NCBI GenBank assembly: GCA_000002445.1
Contig: AE017150.2
Coordinates: 160,001 to 224,000 of the forward strand
Origin: Trypanosoma brucei
Lineage: Eukaryota
DNA length: 64,000 bases
Direction of reading: 5' to 3'
Shown here: positions 1 through 11,192 of the stretch, one piece after another
Position numbering within the stretch: the stretch's first letter is position 1
Layout: each line of letters starts with the position of its first letter
The notes under the pieces: model-generated
Seen by the model: the letters and a program-made list of their open reading frames with translations, nothing else
Database searches by the model: none
Told to the model about the DNA's origin: nothing
Translations under genes and position numbers: made by a program

Positions 1-2
1 TC

Positions 3-3000
3 GATTCAGTTGGGACTGGTGGACCACTTGTAAAGGTCAGTCTTGATAACTGCGCAGGGTTTGGTGATATGACACTCTTATCCAGCATTGTTACACTCGA
101 GGAGCTGAATATTCAAAAATGTGCTGACATCATTAGTGGTGTGGGTAGCCTTGGTACACTACCGTACCTGCGTGTGCTTAACATAAAGGAGGCACACATC
201 TCGTCCCTTGACTTTACTGGTATTGGTGCCTCAAAATCCCTTTTACAGCTCAATATGGAGAGTATCACGGGACTGATTGATGTGGAAGCACTCGCCAACA
301 TTTTGACTCTGGAAAAACTAAGCCTTCACGGCTGCACGGGTATTGACGCAGGAATTGGATGTCTCGGAAACCTGCCACAGCTTAAAATGTTGGACCTGTC
401 TGGCACAAATACCGACAATGAGTCTCTCAGAAGTTTATGCCTATCGCAGACAGTGGTGTCCCTCAACCTTTCCCATTGTTGGAAAATGACAAATGTGTCC
501 CATATTTCAAGCCTCGAAGCATTGAATGAACTGAATCTGAGCAACTGTTTTGGAATAAATGCAGGATGGGAAGCAATTGAAAAACTTCAGCAGCTACATG
601 TGGCAATCCTCTCGAATACACATATTACTGATAGAAACATATCCCATTTCAGCAAGTGCAAAAACCTTGTTACGCTTGATCTTTCTTTCTGCAATAAGTT
701 ACTTGATGTTACAGCTCTCTCTAACATCACTACGCTTGAGGAGTTGAATCTTGATAGTTGTTCAAACATCAGAAAAGGGCTGAGCGTTCTTGGAGAGTTG
801 CCACGGCTTTGTGTGTTGAACATAAAGGGTGTACAGTTGGAAGACTCAGTTATTGTTTCACTAGGGAATGGTGGATCACTTGTAAAGGTCAGTCTTGATG
901 ACTGCGCAGGGTTTGGTGATGTCACGCCTCTCTCAAACCTTGTTACACTTGAAGAACTGAATCTCCACTACTGTGACAAAGTAACCTCTGGAATGGGAAC
1001 ACTGGGCAGGCTACCGCAGCTTCGTGTACTGGATTTGGGACGGACACAAGTTGATAATAATTCCCTTGAGAATATCTGCACAAGCTCAATCCCACTTGTG
1101 TCATTAAACCTTTCGCATTGCAAGAAAATAACATCTATTTCTTCAATCGCTTCCCTTACAGCATTGGAGGAACTCAACATTGACAACTCCTGTAATGTAA
1201 CATCCGGTTGGAATGTATTTGGTACACTTCATCAACTGCGTGTGGCCACACTGTCGAATACACGCATTAATGATGAAAACATACGGTACGTTAGCGAGTG
1301 CAAGTCTTTGAATACACTCAACCTTGCGTTTTGCAAAGATATAACAGACGTCACAGCACTTTCTAAAATTACTATGCTTGAGGAGCTGAACCTTGATTGC
1401 TGCCCCAACATCAGAAAAGGTATTGAAACTCTTGGAACGCTTCCCAAGGCAGGTATCCTAAGCATGAAGGAATGTTACATGGGAGACAGTGATGCGCAAC
1501 AATGTTCCATCCTTTGGAATAGTAAGTCACTTGTGAAACTGAATCTTGAGAGGTCAATGGGATTCATATCTGTGAAAGCTCTCTCTAACATTGCGACACT
1601 GGAGGAGTTAGTACTCGGTCATGCACGGAAAGTATGTTGTATACCGTCATTTTCCTGTCTACCGCGCCTTCGAGTACTGAATCTGAAATATACGGATTTC
1701 AATGATGATGTAACTAAAAATATTTCCGAATCGAAATCGCTGCAGTCACTCAACTTATCACATTGCAAATGGGTAACCGATATATCAGTATTATCTTCCT
1801 TATTGGCACTGGAGGAACTGAATGTTAACTGCTGCAACGGAATACGAAAAGGCTGGGAGTCGCTCGGAAAGCTGCCTCTACTACGTGTAGCAATTCTATC
1901 TGATACTAACATCACCGCTAAAGATATAGCTTGCCTTAGCAGTTGCAAAACGCTGGTGAAACTAAAGTTTTTTCGGTGTGAGAAGTTGTCAGATGTCACG
2001 GTGGTGTATGAGATTCAATCACTGGAGGAACTGATAGTTAGGAGCTGTTCAGACGGCCTCAAGGGACTGAATGCCCTTGGTACACTGCCACGGTTGCGTT
2101 TTTTGCTTCTGCGAAATGTGAGAGGTAGTGATATATCTGTTGAATCTATTGGGACGAGCAAATCTCTCGTGAGGCTTCATATTGAAATGCGCGAGGACTT
2201 AACAGACACAACACCCCTCTCCAACATCACGTCCCTTGAGGAATTATCATTGCGTGAATGCGGTGATAACCTGGGAGGAGTCGGGACACTTGAGAAACTG
2301 CCACGGCTTAAATCGCTGGATCTCGGTTTATCTGACATTAGCAATAGCACACTTAATTATATTTTTCTGTCTCGATCCATTACGTCACTCAACCTAGACT
2401 CCAGTTGGGAACTAACAGATATATCTCATATATCAAATCTTACGGCACTGGAGGAATTGAATCTGGGAGGATGTTACTACATAACTTCAGGCTGGAAAGC
2501 ACTTAGCGAATTACCACGACTTCGTGTGCTCAACTTGGAATCCACCAGAGTTACGACCCGTTACGATGGATACTATATCAGCAGATGCAAATCCCTCGTC
2601 ACACTCAACCTTGAATTGTGTGATATGACCGATGCTTCATACATCGCTAATATCAAGACACTGGAAGAGTTGCATATAGGGAAATGCAAAGAGCTAACGC
2701 AGGGGTTTAGTGCACTTTTCACTCTTCCGCGGTTGCGCATTCTTAACTTGATTTGTTCTCTTATTACAGATGAAGACCTCAGGGAAATTCAACCACCCCA
2801 TACCATTGAGGAGCTCAATCTTTCTTATTGTGTGGAGCTCAATGATATTACACCACTTGGGAGAATAAAATCAATTAAAAAATTGCATCTCCGTCAGAGC
2901 CATGATGCCAGAAGGTCCACAGAAGGATTCAGAAGTCTTTTGGAGCTGCCGTGCCTTTCTTGGGTGGATCTCAAAAATGCTTCTGTCAGTTCTGATATCC

Positions 3001-3038
3001 TGCGTGAACTGGGAAAAAGGAGGGTACATATATATTAA
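3..3038 (+). CDS. Leucine-rich repeat protein (LRRP, ESAG8-like LRR family), 5'-partial. The reading frame is open from the first base of the window, and the ORF-track start at 69 is an internal Met.
   Basis: The ORF is 989 aa long. It consists almost entirely of roughly 24-25-aa cysteine-containing LRR units (LxxLxLSxCxxITDVSxLSxLxxLEELNLxxCxxIxxGxxxLGxLPxLRVL) typical of the T. brucei LRRP/ESAG8 type. Positions 3-68 are in frame with no stop codon and repeat the LRR unit seen at 840-930. The stop codon TAA is at 3036-3038. Confidence 0.8.
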   Translation, partial: DSVGTGGPLVKVSLDNCAGFGDMTLLSSIVTLEELNIQKCADIISGVGSLGTLPYLRVLNIKEAHISSLDFTGIGASKSLLQLNMESITGLIDVEALANILTLEKLSLHGCTGIDAGIGCLGNLPQLKMLDLSGTNTDNESLRSLCLSQTVVSLNLSHCWKMTNVSHISSLEALNELNLSNCFGINAGWEAIEKLQQLHVAILSNTHITDRNISHFSKCKNLVTLDLSFCNKLLDVTALSNITTLEELNLDSCSNIRKGLSVLGELPRLCVLNIKGVQLEDSVIVSLGNGGSLVKVSLDDCAGFGDVTPLSNLVTLEELNLHYCDKVTSGMGTLGRLPQLRVLDLGRTQVDNNSLENICTSSIPLVSLNLSHCKKITSISSIASLTALEELNIDNSCNVTSGWNVFGTLHQLRVATLSNTRINDENIRYVSECKSLNTLNLAFCKDITDVTALSKITMLEELNLDCCPNIRKGIETLGTLPKAGILSMKECYMGDSDAQQCSILWNSKSLVKLNLERSMGFISVKALSNIATLEELVLGHARKVCCIPSFSCLPRLRVLNLKYTDFNDDVTKNISESKSLQSLNLSHCKWVTDISVLSSLLALEELNVNCCNGIRKGWESLGKLPLLRVAILSDTNITAKDIACLSSCKTLVKLKFFRCEKLSDVTVVYEIQSLEELIVRSCSDGLKGLNALGTLPRLRFLLLRNVRGSDISVESIGTSKSLVRLHIEMREDLTDTTPLSNITSLEELSLRECGDNLGGVGTLEKLPRLKSLDLGLSDISNSTLNYIFLSRSITSLNLDSSWELTDISHISNLTALEELNLGGCYYITSGWKALSELPRLRVLNLESTRVTTRYDGYYISRCKSLVTLNLELCDMTDASYIANIKTLEELHIGKCKELTQGFSALFTLPRLRILNLICSLITDEDLREIQPPHTIEELNLSYCVELNDITPLGRIKSIKKLHLRQSHDARRSTEGFRSLLELPCLSWVDLKNASVSSDILRELGKRRVHIY

Positions 3039-5140
3039 TATTTGATCCATTGTTTCGCTTTGTATAATTTAATAACTTATTGCTGAGAACACGTTACTAA
3101 ATTTAACAGCCAGTTCGAGTGGTTCGCTAACTGTAGGCACCATTATTCGGACAGATACCAGTAACAATTCACATGGATGATATTGTATGTTACACTATCT
3201 TAAATACAAGAAATACAAGGATCTCATTACAGTTATTTAAGCGTTTAACAAATTAGTAAGTCATACCAATCATATATTGTGAAGAATAAAGAACAGTTAG
3301 GAAAGTGTGTGTATGTATGCACAAGGCTTTTTTCTCAATGTAAATTTGTATTTTAGTTGTAAGCGTAGTAAATATTGTATTATGCTCATTCACATTACAA
3401 CTATACCAAATGAACATATCTTATTTTGTATGCCCTTCTAACTTTATGACTACACATTCACACACATATATATTGAATTATTATTATTATTTCTATCGTT
3501 CTTATTGTTATTACATGAAACACAACATTCACATTTAATTTTTACTCATAGCCACACCTGAAAAGTAAAAGCACTCAACATTCTGCAGTACTGTATACCT
3601 GTCAATGATATGAGGAGGTGAAGTTTATATACCATTATAGTGAATATATTTCATTATTCTTATTATTATTTGCTTTACTGAAAGAAATGACAGAGTGACT
3701 TTACAATAAATTATATCAGAGCAGCATCTTAACTACCAATTTGCTACACGGGAAACGATAATACAACACATTACGTGTCTCGTGATTCTTTTTTACACTT
3801 GCCACTGGTATATATCTATATTCTCAAACAATGCGATTGAATATTCTCTTTTCATTAAAATATTATATTATAACTTATTGTATTTGTTTGGTTTTGTAAT
3901 AACATAATTTATTTTATTACATTTCCTTTCAGAATTATTTGTGCCAAACTTTTGTGAAGATGTCATACAATCTGAATTCCCTTGCGCAGCAAAGGGTTGT
4001 GTACCGCCTTAATTCATTAACATTTGTGCTACATGTGCATGGTAAAGTGTATTAAACATTTCACTGGTTTTGGGAAATATTATTTTCTTTCTTACAACAT
4101 GATGCCTCAGAAGAACTGAAGGCGAGAGCAAATCCTTTCATTCATTTTATTTTCCTTTTCTTACCGTATCCGTATATGTTTATGACTTTCCAGAAAACAC
4201 TGCTGAGGTAAATTATGTATTCCTTCATATTTACTTTTTATTTGACAACAACAACAAAGGGATTTCCTCCTCACACACTTAAATTAATTAGACACTGCTG
4301 TTAGCTGATAAGTTATAGACAGCCGCACATTTAAGTTACACAAATCCACACCGATTCGAAATAGCAAAATATCAAATATTATGTATTTATTTGAGAAAAA
4401 AAAAAAAGAGACGAAAAGCAGCGCTGCATCTGAAGGGAGATGCATGTGAAATCGAAGGACAACTGTCATTTGAATATCATATCCCCAAATTGTTTCGCTT
4501 ACATTATTAGCAGTAAATGCTTACGGAACTTGGGAAGTGAATGACTACTGAAATTAGAAGCATGAGGACGCACCGCGATGGCACATGAAAGTAACATGGG
4601 TGGGATTTTTATGTATTGGAAAGTGGAGTGGCTTTAAGGTGTTTTACATGATGTTTAGTTGGAGATTGAAATACTTCAGGAAATAGTGAAAGACTGTTAT
4701 GATACAGGAATATTTTCGTTTACTAATTTCAAGCGCACTTCCGTGACGCACTATTTTCGGTTTACATTGCAAGAAGTGGTATGATATATGCAACTGCTTA
4801 TTTCTTATTTATTTTTTGCGAGTTTATATAAGTGTGGTTTGGTGACGTGGAAAATTTTAGCATATGGTTAATGTCTTTATGACAAGCAAATGCTCTGTTC
4901 GAGCTATGGTATTGGAAGGTTAAATATAAATTATATGTTTTATGAGTTATCAAATGCTGAATGCTGCGACTGACTCACTCTTCAAACAAAAACACTTTCT
5001 CAGCTTTTCCACTCTCAGCTAAAAATGTAGTTCAGTTTCCAAACAGCACACCACATCTCATTCACCATCGGGTAAAGAGATATTGTTGTATGGACAACAC
5101 GAAAGTGGAGAAGTACAGAAAGTAGAAATAAAATAAAGAG

Positions 5141-5160
5141 TATATATATATATATATATA
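5141..5160. repeat. (TA)10 microsatellite
   Basis: A perfect tatatatatatatatatata run. Confidence 0.95.
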
Positions 5161-7774
5161 TCGAATTATGTTGGAACTGCAGGTATCATTCAACCTAAGA
5201 GCAAAAGCACCTTTCCTTCTGTTGTGAGCCGCAACCATGCCGTGACGAAGTTACAAGTGGAAGGAGTTGGGTCAAATCATTCATTACCTAATATCTGTAA
5301 TGTGAATATTTTTGTTTAGAGATATTCGTATGTTAATGAGAGACCATTATGCAGAGGGAAGAACAACCGACGACTGCAACCTAAAACCCGTAATTTGCGG
5401 ACTGTGATAAACTTTAATAGTTTCATTTTATTATGTAAAGATGGCATCAGCAGATTATACTTGTAAGCTGTTTGAAGTCAAAACAACGATACACGGAAGG
5501 GAATGTGCAGGTGGTGATTTAAATCGTATGTTTATGAGAAATTTGTAGTGTGAATCAACTGTTGAAATATGTTGTGCGACATTAACAGCAGATGTTGTTT
5601 TTTTTCATATTATTCTCCTTTTCTTTTCTTTTTTGCTTGTTTGTCGAACAATCTGAGGTTTAGTTGATATATTCCTGAGTTTCATCACATGTGTTTCTGT
5701 TTATATAATACTAATCGTTACAAACTAAATATCTGCAGTAAGTATATTAAAAACATACAATTTGTTGCTACCTCTTGCTTCATTTCTCTTTATTCAAACG
5801 GCACTTTCTTTTAATCTTGTAAATAATGTTTTTATCGTTGTTTCATTTGTTTGCACACTTAATCCTCTGCGCACGCTGCTGTATTTATTTGCTTCTACAT
5901 GCTCGCAAAAAAAAATATATATATAAATCATTTTGAAACAAATCGCGGTTGCGACTGATGTTTGTTTTGTTTGCGTCGTATTATAAGGGGAATGTAAGTT
6001 TCGTTGATTAAACATTTCATGGCATATCATTATCGAGTTGTTGCTATGAACTCATAAATAATCATGAGACAGGTTTTTACGAGTCATACTCCATGCATAA
6101 GTGCAATGCACTGAAGGAATGTAATTTTATTTATTTATTTATTATTACTACCATTATTATTGTCAGAATTAATATTCAGGTTTTCATCCATCACTATTTT
6201 ATTATTTATATTTTCTTTCCAACATCTGTTTCAAGAAACATGGTCGATTGGAAATAATGTAGACATCAATGGTTAGAGAAACTTTGATTTGCCTTGACCG
6301 TGCAGATGCGCAAAGTTCAAAAGGTTTCAGAAAGGTGTTGGGGAAGTTTAACCATATTTTTTTATTACTGAATTCTTTCTCTCAAATGTTTTTGTTCTTT
6401 TGTATTGCACTTAAATTCAAAACCAATTGGGCAGCGCTTTGAAGGCAGTGAAGTGGCGTATGGAAATATTTGCGTATTGGCGTTTTTTTAACGTGTGATG
6501 ATTACGTTCCTAACGGTGATGGAAAAAAAGTAACATATGAATGTGTGTTCAATAATAATAATAATTAAATGCCAAGTTCTCTTACTTTCTGTATCAAATA
6601 CTGAGCCTGTTTTATAATCTCATTTTTTCAAATGCGTATCAAGGTTTAGGAGGCACAATGTTGCTTAAAACTCAACTCTCACGAAAATGACACAAATTAA
6701 GGGAAGCTTCTATCGCAGCCACCATTTCCATGTGTGCAACAGTAAGCGAGTCATTGTAACAATATATTTTTTTGCGCGTGTGAAGTGTGAAATCCTCATG
6801 AGAACTCAAAATTTACTACAATAATACTCATTATGCAAGGTGCTTTGAGTGGGGAAGGCGGCGCAGACTCAAATATCCAAAACAATTTATTTTCCCATAT
6901 GGCGGAACGAACGGAAGCTGTAGTTAAACATACACTGCAAAGCGAGAAAAGTATATCTCCGGGTGCTGACACTCTCTAACGATGTGAACACAAACCCTTC
7001 ACTTGCGAACAGGAGGCTTCAGTTTGTTTATTTGTTTGTTTGTTTTTGAATCCATTCCTCACATCAGCATCCAACATTAAATACAGGGAATTAAGAACCT
7101 TTATCACGACCATTATTGTTGTGTCTTGTAAGATGATACATATTTTATGATAGGAACTTACTGGGCACCAGCAGTCAACAAAGAAATATGAAAGAACACA
7201 ACAGTGATAAACATATATTACCTTGAAGCTACATGTGTACGTTTTCACGGAATTAGCTCAGTGGTATTTTCGAACTCAGAGAATGGGGAAAAGCGACAGT
7301 CAGATGAAATGAATAAAATACCAAATGTCGTGCATCAACTAATATATTTGAAAATAGAATCTCATGCCGTGCATTCCTTGGAGGCATGAAAATAGATTCA
7401 ATAACGCTAAGGTGTGACAGTGTTGAGGCATCTGTTTATCAACATGCGTTGAAAGTGGGGGAAATGTCAGTGAATACCTGAGGTAGCGCCAAACTATTTT
7501 TTTTTAATGGCCACAAAATGCTGCAGTAGAGCAGTGTGGAAATAATTTCATTGGATAGAAAAATGTGTGAGGAAAGTTTATTAAATTTGTTTGAGATTTA
7601 TAACTGTTCTACCTGAGTAACTGTGTGCGTGGTTTAGTACAGGAATACCTTTGCGATAAAGCTTCTATTTCCTTTAAAAGGAAACGGTAAGAAGTTACAC
7701 TAGTTAAAAAAGTAAAACAAATATTTTAATCAAGAACAATATTCAATGTTTTGCTTCAGGACAAAAAAACACTT

Positions 7775-8340
7775 ATTCTGGGAGAAAAGCGTCTGGGGGG
7801 ACGTGAAGCAAGAGTTGATAATGTTTTCAGTTTATATGGCTCCGTATGCAATGCAAAGTGAAGTCACATTATAATGGACAACGAAACTCAACTGCTGTGG
7901 AGGATGGTTGTTGATGGAACGCGTAGTGGCAATGTAATGTGGAAGGATGAAGAACTTAATGTTGTCCCTGAAATTGAGGAAGCTGTTGAGAAGAAACCAG
8001 AACGCAGGGAAGAAGTTGAAGCAATGGTTCTAACATCTCAAATGGGGTGATAATAAGCCAAGTTTGCCGGGGTGAGTAACAAAAACATATTCATCCATAG
8101 AGAAGAGCTCCGCGTATGGAATGTTGTAAGGAATGGAATTGAATTATGGCGTACACAGCGTGCTTTACCGGAATGTCTTTATTTTCCACGATCATACGCT
8201 GTCATTGTTAACCATGGGATTGGAAAATCTCAGAATTTGGGCTCTTTTATCCTCTACAAGTTATTGCATTGTGATGCGGAAGAGTTGCCTATTGTTGCGT
8301 ATTTCTGCGGCATGGCAGTGTTAATATTTGAAACCAACTG
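7775..8340 (+). pseudogene. RHS (retrotransposon hot spot protein) fragment on the plus strand. It is truncated, with internal stop codons and a frameshift.
   Basis: The translation (GEKRLGGREARVDNVFSLYGSVCNAK*SHIIMDNETQLLWRMVVDG..MWKDEELNVVPEIEEAVEKKPER..IHREELRVWNVVRNGIELWRTQR..NHGIGKSQNLGSFILYKLLHCDAEELPIVAYF) aligns to residues about 40-230 of the intact minus-strand RHS at 19639-21663. It contains in-frame stops and a frame change near 8050-8075. Confidence 0.7.
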
Positions 8341-10500
8341 ACGGACCCTTCGGCATAATCAAGGGAGATAGAAGGTACGCAGCTTTAATGCTGGACGGAA
8401 GCATGCCAAGCATTAGTCATTTTTTCTGCTACACGTTTAATGAAACTGTGCATTTATCTGAGTTGTCTATGAATTGGGAAGCGCTTCGACCAGGTCGTTT
8501 AATGAGCAAACTCCCATGGCAGAGTGTTGAACACACCTCATTGCGATGTCTGAATCCGGTGCATCTTCGAGAGGGAGGAGATTAAATGTTCGCGCGCATC
8601 CCGTCTTAAGGATTTCAGCAGTCGGACAGTAACGGACTGCCCGGGGGAGAAGGAAAAGCGGCGAAACAGTCGGTTTTCGGGATGGTGGGAAGCATCGGTG
8701 TGATCCTCCACGTGTGCAAACATGATTCTTTCGGTATCTTTAGAGCGCTCTCAATGTTGAGATCGGTGGTGTTAAGCAGAATACAGGTCTGATCTCAGGT
8801 GAGTCGCGGCGGAATTCCGGGGAACTCTCCCGGCCGAAAAGGATAACCTAAGCAAATAACTGCGCGAGAAAAGAGTAACTGCCACATTTTTCACGAAACG
8901 TTATCATCAGAGTCGGAGGCGGATTCCAGTGATGACCGGATGTCGGAAGATTGATATAGCATGACCCCTTAAGGGTCCATAAGCGTGGAGATTGGCAAAG
9001 GATGGGATTGATGCGTTGAAAGGTTCGCAGAAAAAACAAACAAGCAAGTACGAAATACGATCGGTTGTTCCAATTGTCACACTGGAGCTGCTAATTGCAT
9101 CTGTATCGGCGTTTTTACACAAACGAAAACAATAACAAAGGAGGAATCGGGCATACGGTGGCCGACGTAACGTTTCAAAACAGCCGGGCACGGAATCCAA
9201 CTACAACATCTGTCAACGGAAGATGATGTGCTGTGCAATGGCCCTCGCAGTACATGATGGAAATAACCGGTGCGAGGAATGACGCGAGAACGTCCCATGT
9301 GTAATTGGTTTTCACCTCAAGTCATGGTCGTCTACAGGTTATGTGGAATAGATGAAAATAATAGGGAATTGTGAAAAAAAAGAGTTTTAAAAGAGTTTTT
9401 CGCCGTCATCGTCATCATTCTTCGGAAAGTCAGTATATGGGTTGTTATTATGGCGGTGCGAACTAGACCAGTCCGACGACGGCCACTGCATTTTCTCCCG
9501 GCGACTACTGATATTTTCTCCGCTTTGTCCTTTTCCAAACACTTTTAACTCCTTAAGGTTTCACCATCTTTTCACTTCTTCAGCTGTGCTCGCGCCTTCC
9601 TTCTGTTCCCGATGTCAACGACTCCTGTCCTTTTTACCTTTGCAGAATTCGCACGCTCTCAAGAATTTCCTTACATTTTGCACCTCTTCCCAGTTCCCTC
9701 ACCCGAATCGTGGTCATTCCTATGTCTCCGCCACGGTAGCGTGACGGTTTTTATCATACGCCCCGTCACCGAATCTAGCGCCGGTGTTTCCCGCGCCTGT
9801 GAACTTTCGCCCATGGTGTCCACGGCAAGTCGTTTCTCAACGATCCTTATTTCGCTGCATTTACAAGTTGCCGTTGGCTCTCTTTCCCGCTTGGCGTCAT
9901 GACAACAATGGCTGCGTTCGGCTTTGGCATATGGCTTGTGTACAGCATCTCTTGTTTCGCTTATTTATTTCGTGTGTCGAGGGAATGCTGCCGTTGGCAT
10001 TGACGTTCCTGAACTCAGCAAACTCCTGCCATCACTCACTTTCGTGAGTTCCATCAGCCGTCACAGTTGTGCTCTCGAGCTTGGTATCGTGCTTTCGGTT
10101 GCTTAGCGTCTAGTTAAATGCCACGGCCATGGGCGTCTCCTGAGCAGCAACGCCTTTCTTCATACCTGCAGCATTAGACTTACATTGTTGTGTCGTATGT
10201 GACGGAGGAAGACGCAGCTATGGTTTCAGGGTGGTGAACTCCGTTAGTTTGTTTTTATCATCGGTGACAAATTCGATTACGCAGTTGTTTTACTCTTCTG
10301 TAACTTTCCCTTCCCCAGTTTCAACTGTACATGTTTTCCTCAAAGTCATTCCCATCTGGCAAGTTGGTTTGTTTTTTCCTCCCTTTACAACTTCCAACAA
10401 ACAGAACGGCGTCCGCGACACAACTACTTCCCTTTTCCCCCTTACCTTCCCCACCGAAAAATATCGTTGAAAGTTCAATACTTTCAATGCAACTTTAGCG
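8341..10500. other. Unclassified block with higher GC and no ORFs. It may be a degenerate retroelement or a structured or intergenic sequence.
   Basis: GC content is noticeably higher than in the flanking AT-rich spacer. No ORF longer than about 100 aa is present. No homology to RHS, LRRP or ingi termini can be recognised by eye. The plus strand is CT-rich from 9440 to 10480. Confidence 0.3.
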
Positions 10501-10675
10501 TAAGAAGTTTTTTGGCGGCGATGCCTGAGAATAGTCAAGTCTCACTTCCCTATAATATAGTAATAGAAAAAATATATAACATAATTATAAAAAGTGCTTT
10601 CGTGCAAACGAGTTTTACTGAAATATAACTCATATCGTAAACGAAATTTATTGATACGTACATAACCGCCTCTAT

Positions 10676-10720
10676 TACTTACGAAGCGGAAGTGTCTGAA
10701 AACGTCTTTAACCCGCCTCC
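10676..10720. other. Conserved 45-nt motif, copy 1 (the second copy is at 55966-56010)
   Basis: The sequence acgaagcggaagtgtctgaaaRcgtctttaacccgYctcc is shared nearly identically by two otherwise unrelated regions. Confidence 0.5.
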
Positions 10721-11166
10721 CGCGCTCCCCTTTGCTTGCTCTTTGGACACCCGCGGGTTTATCTTTCTGAGGTCACGTAACTCCATGAAGAATTAATCTT
10801 CCCATCTCGCAGCACACTCCATCTACGGCTAAAGCCTCATGAATCATGTCACTGAAATGTGTGTTGCAATTCCCACTATTTTTTTAAAAATAATATGCAT
10901 CATACTTGTGTTGACTACGCATACATGTACGAGACTCTTCAATCTCTTTCATAAGGCAAATATTCAAAAGCGGGCTCTCGTTTCACAAGTAGCACTTGCA
11001 GTTAAGAACTTCCTTCCCGAATTGAGGAATTATAAAACCACTCCCATCACCCTTGCATGGAAGCATCCGTTACCATCATGGCCACAGTTGCTACAACTCG
11101 CTACTTGCTCACTGGTTTTTTCTTTACTAAAATGCACATCCATTTTTGTGTAAGCTGTAACGCATA

Positions 11167-11192
11167 TGTGTGTGTGTGTGTGTCTGTGTGTG
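11167..11192. repeat. (TG)n microsatellite with one interruption
   Basis: The sequence is tgtgtgtgtgtgtgtctgtgtgtg. Confidence 0.9.

Noticed and set aside
8341-9300. Possible rRNA-derived sequence, based on weak resemblance to the LSU 5' end (ACCTGAGATCAGAC), the sarcin-ricin loop (AGTACGA..) and ACATCTGTCAA-like motifs
   Set aside because: The matches are short and interrupted. No extended rRNA conserved block, such as GTAACTATGACTCTCTTAAGGTAGCC, is present. The region is left as unclassified.
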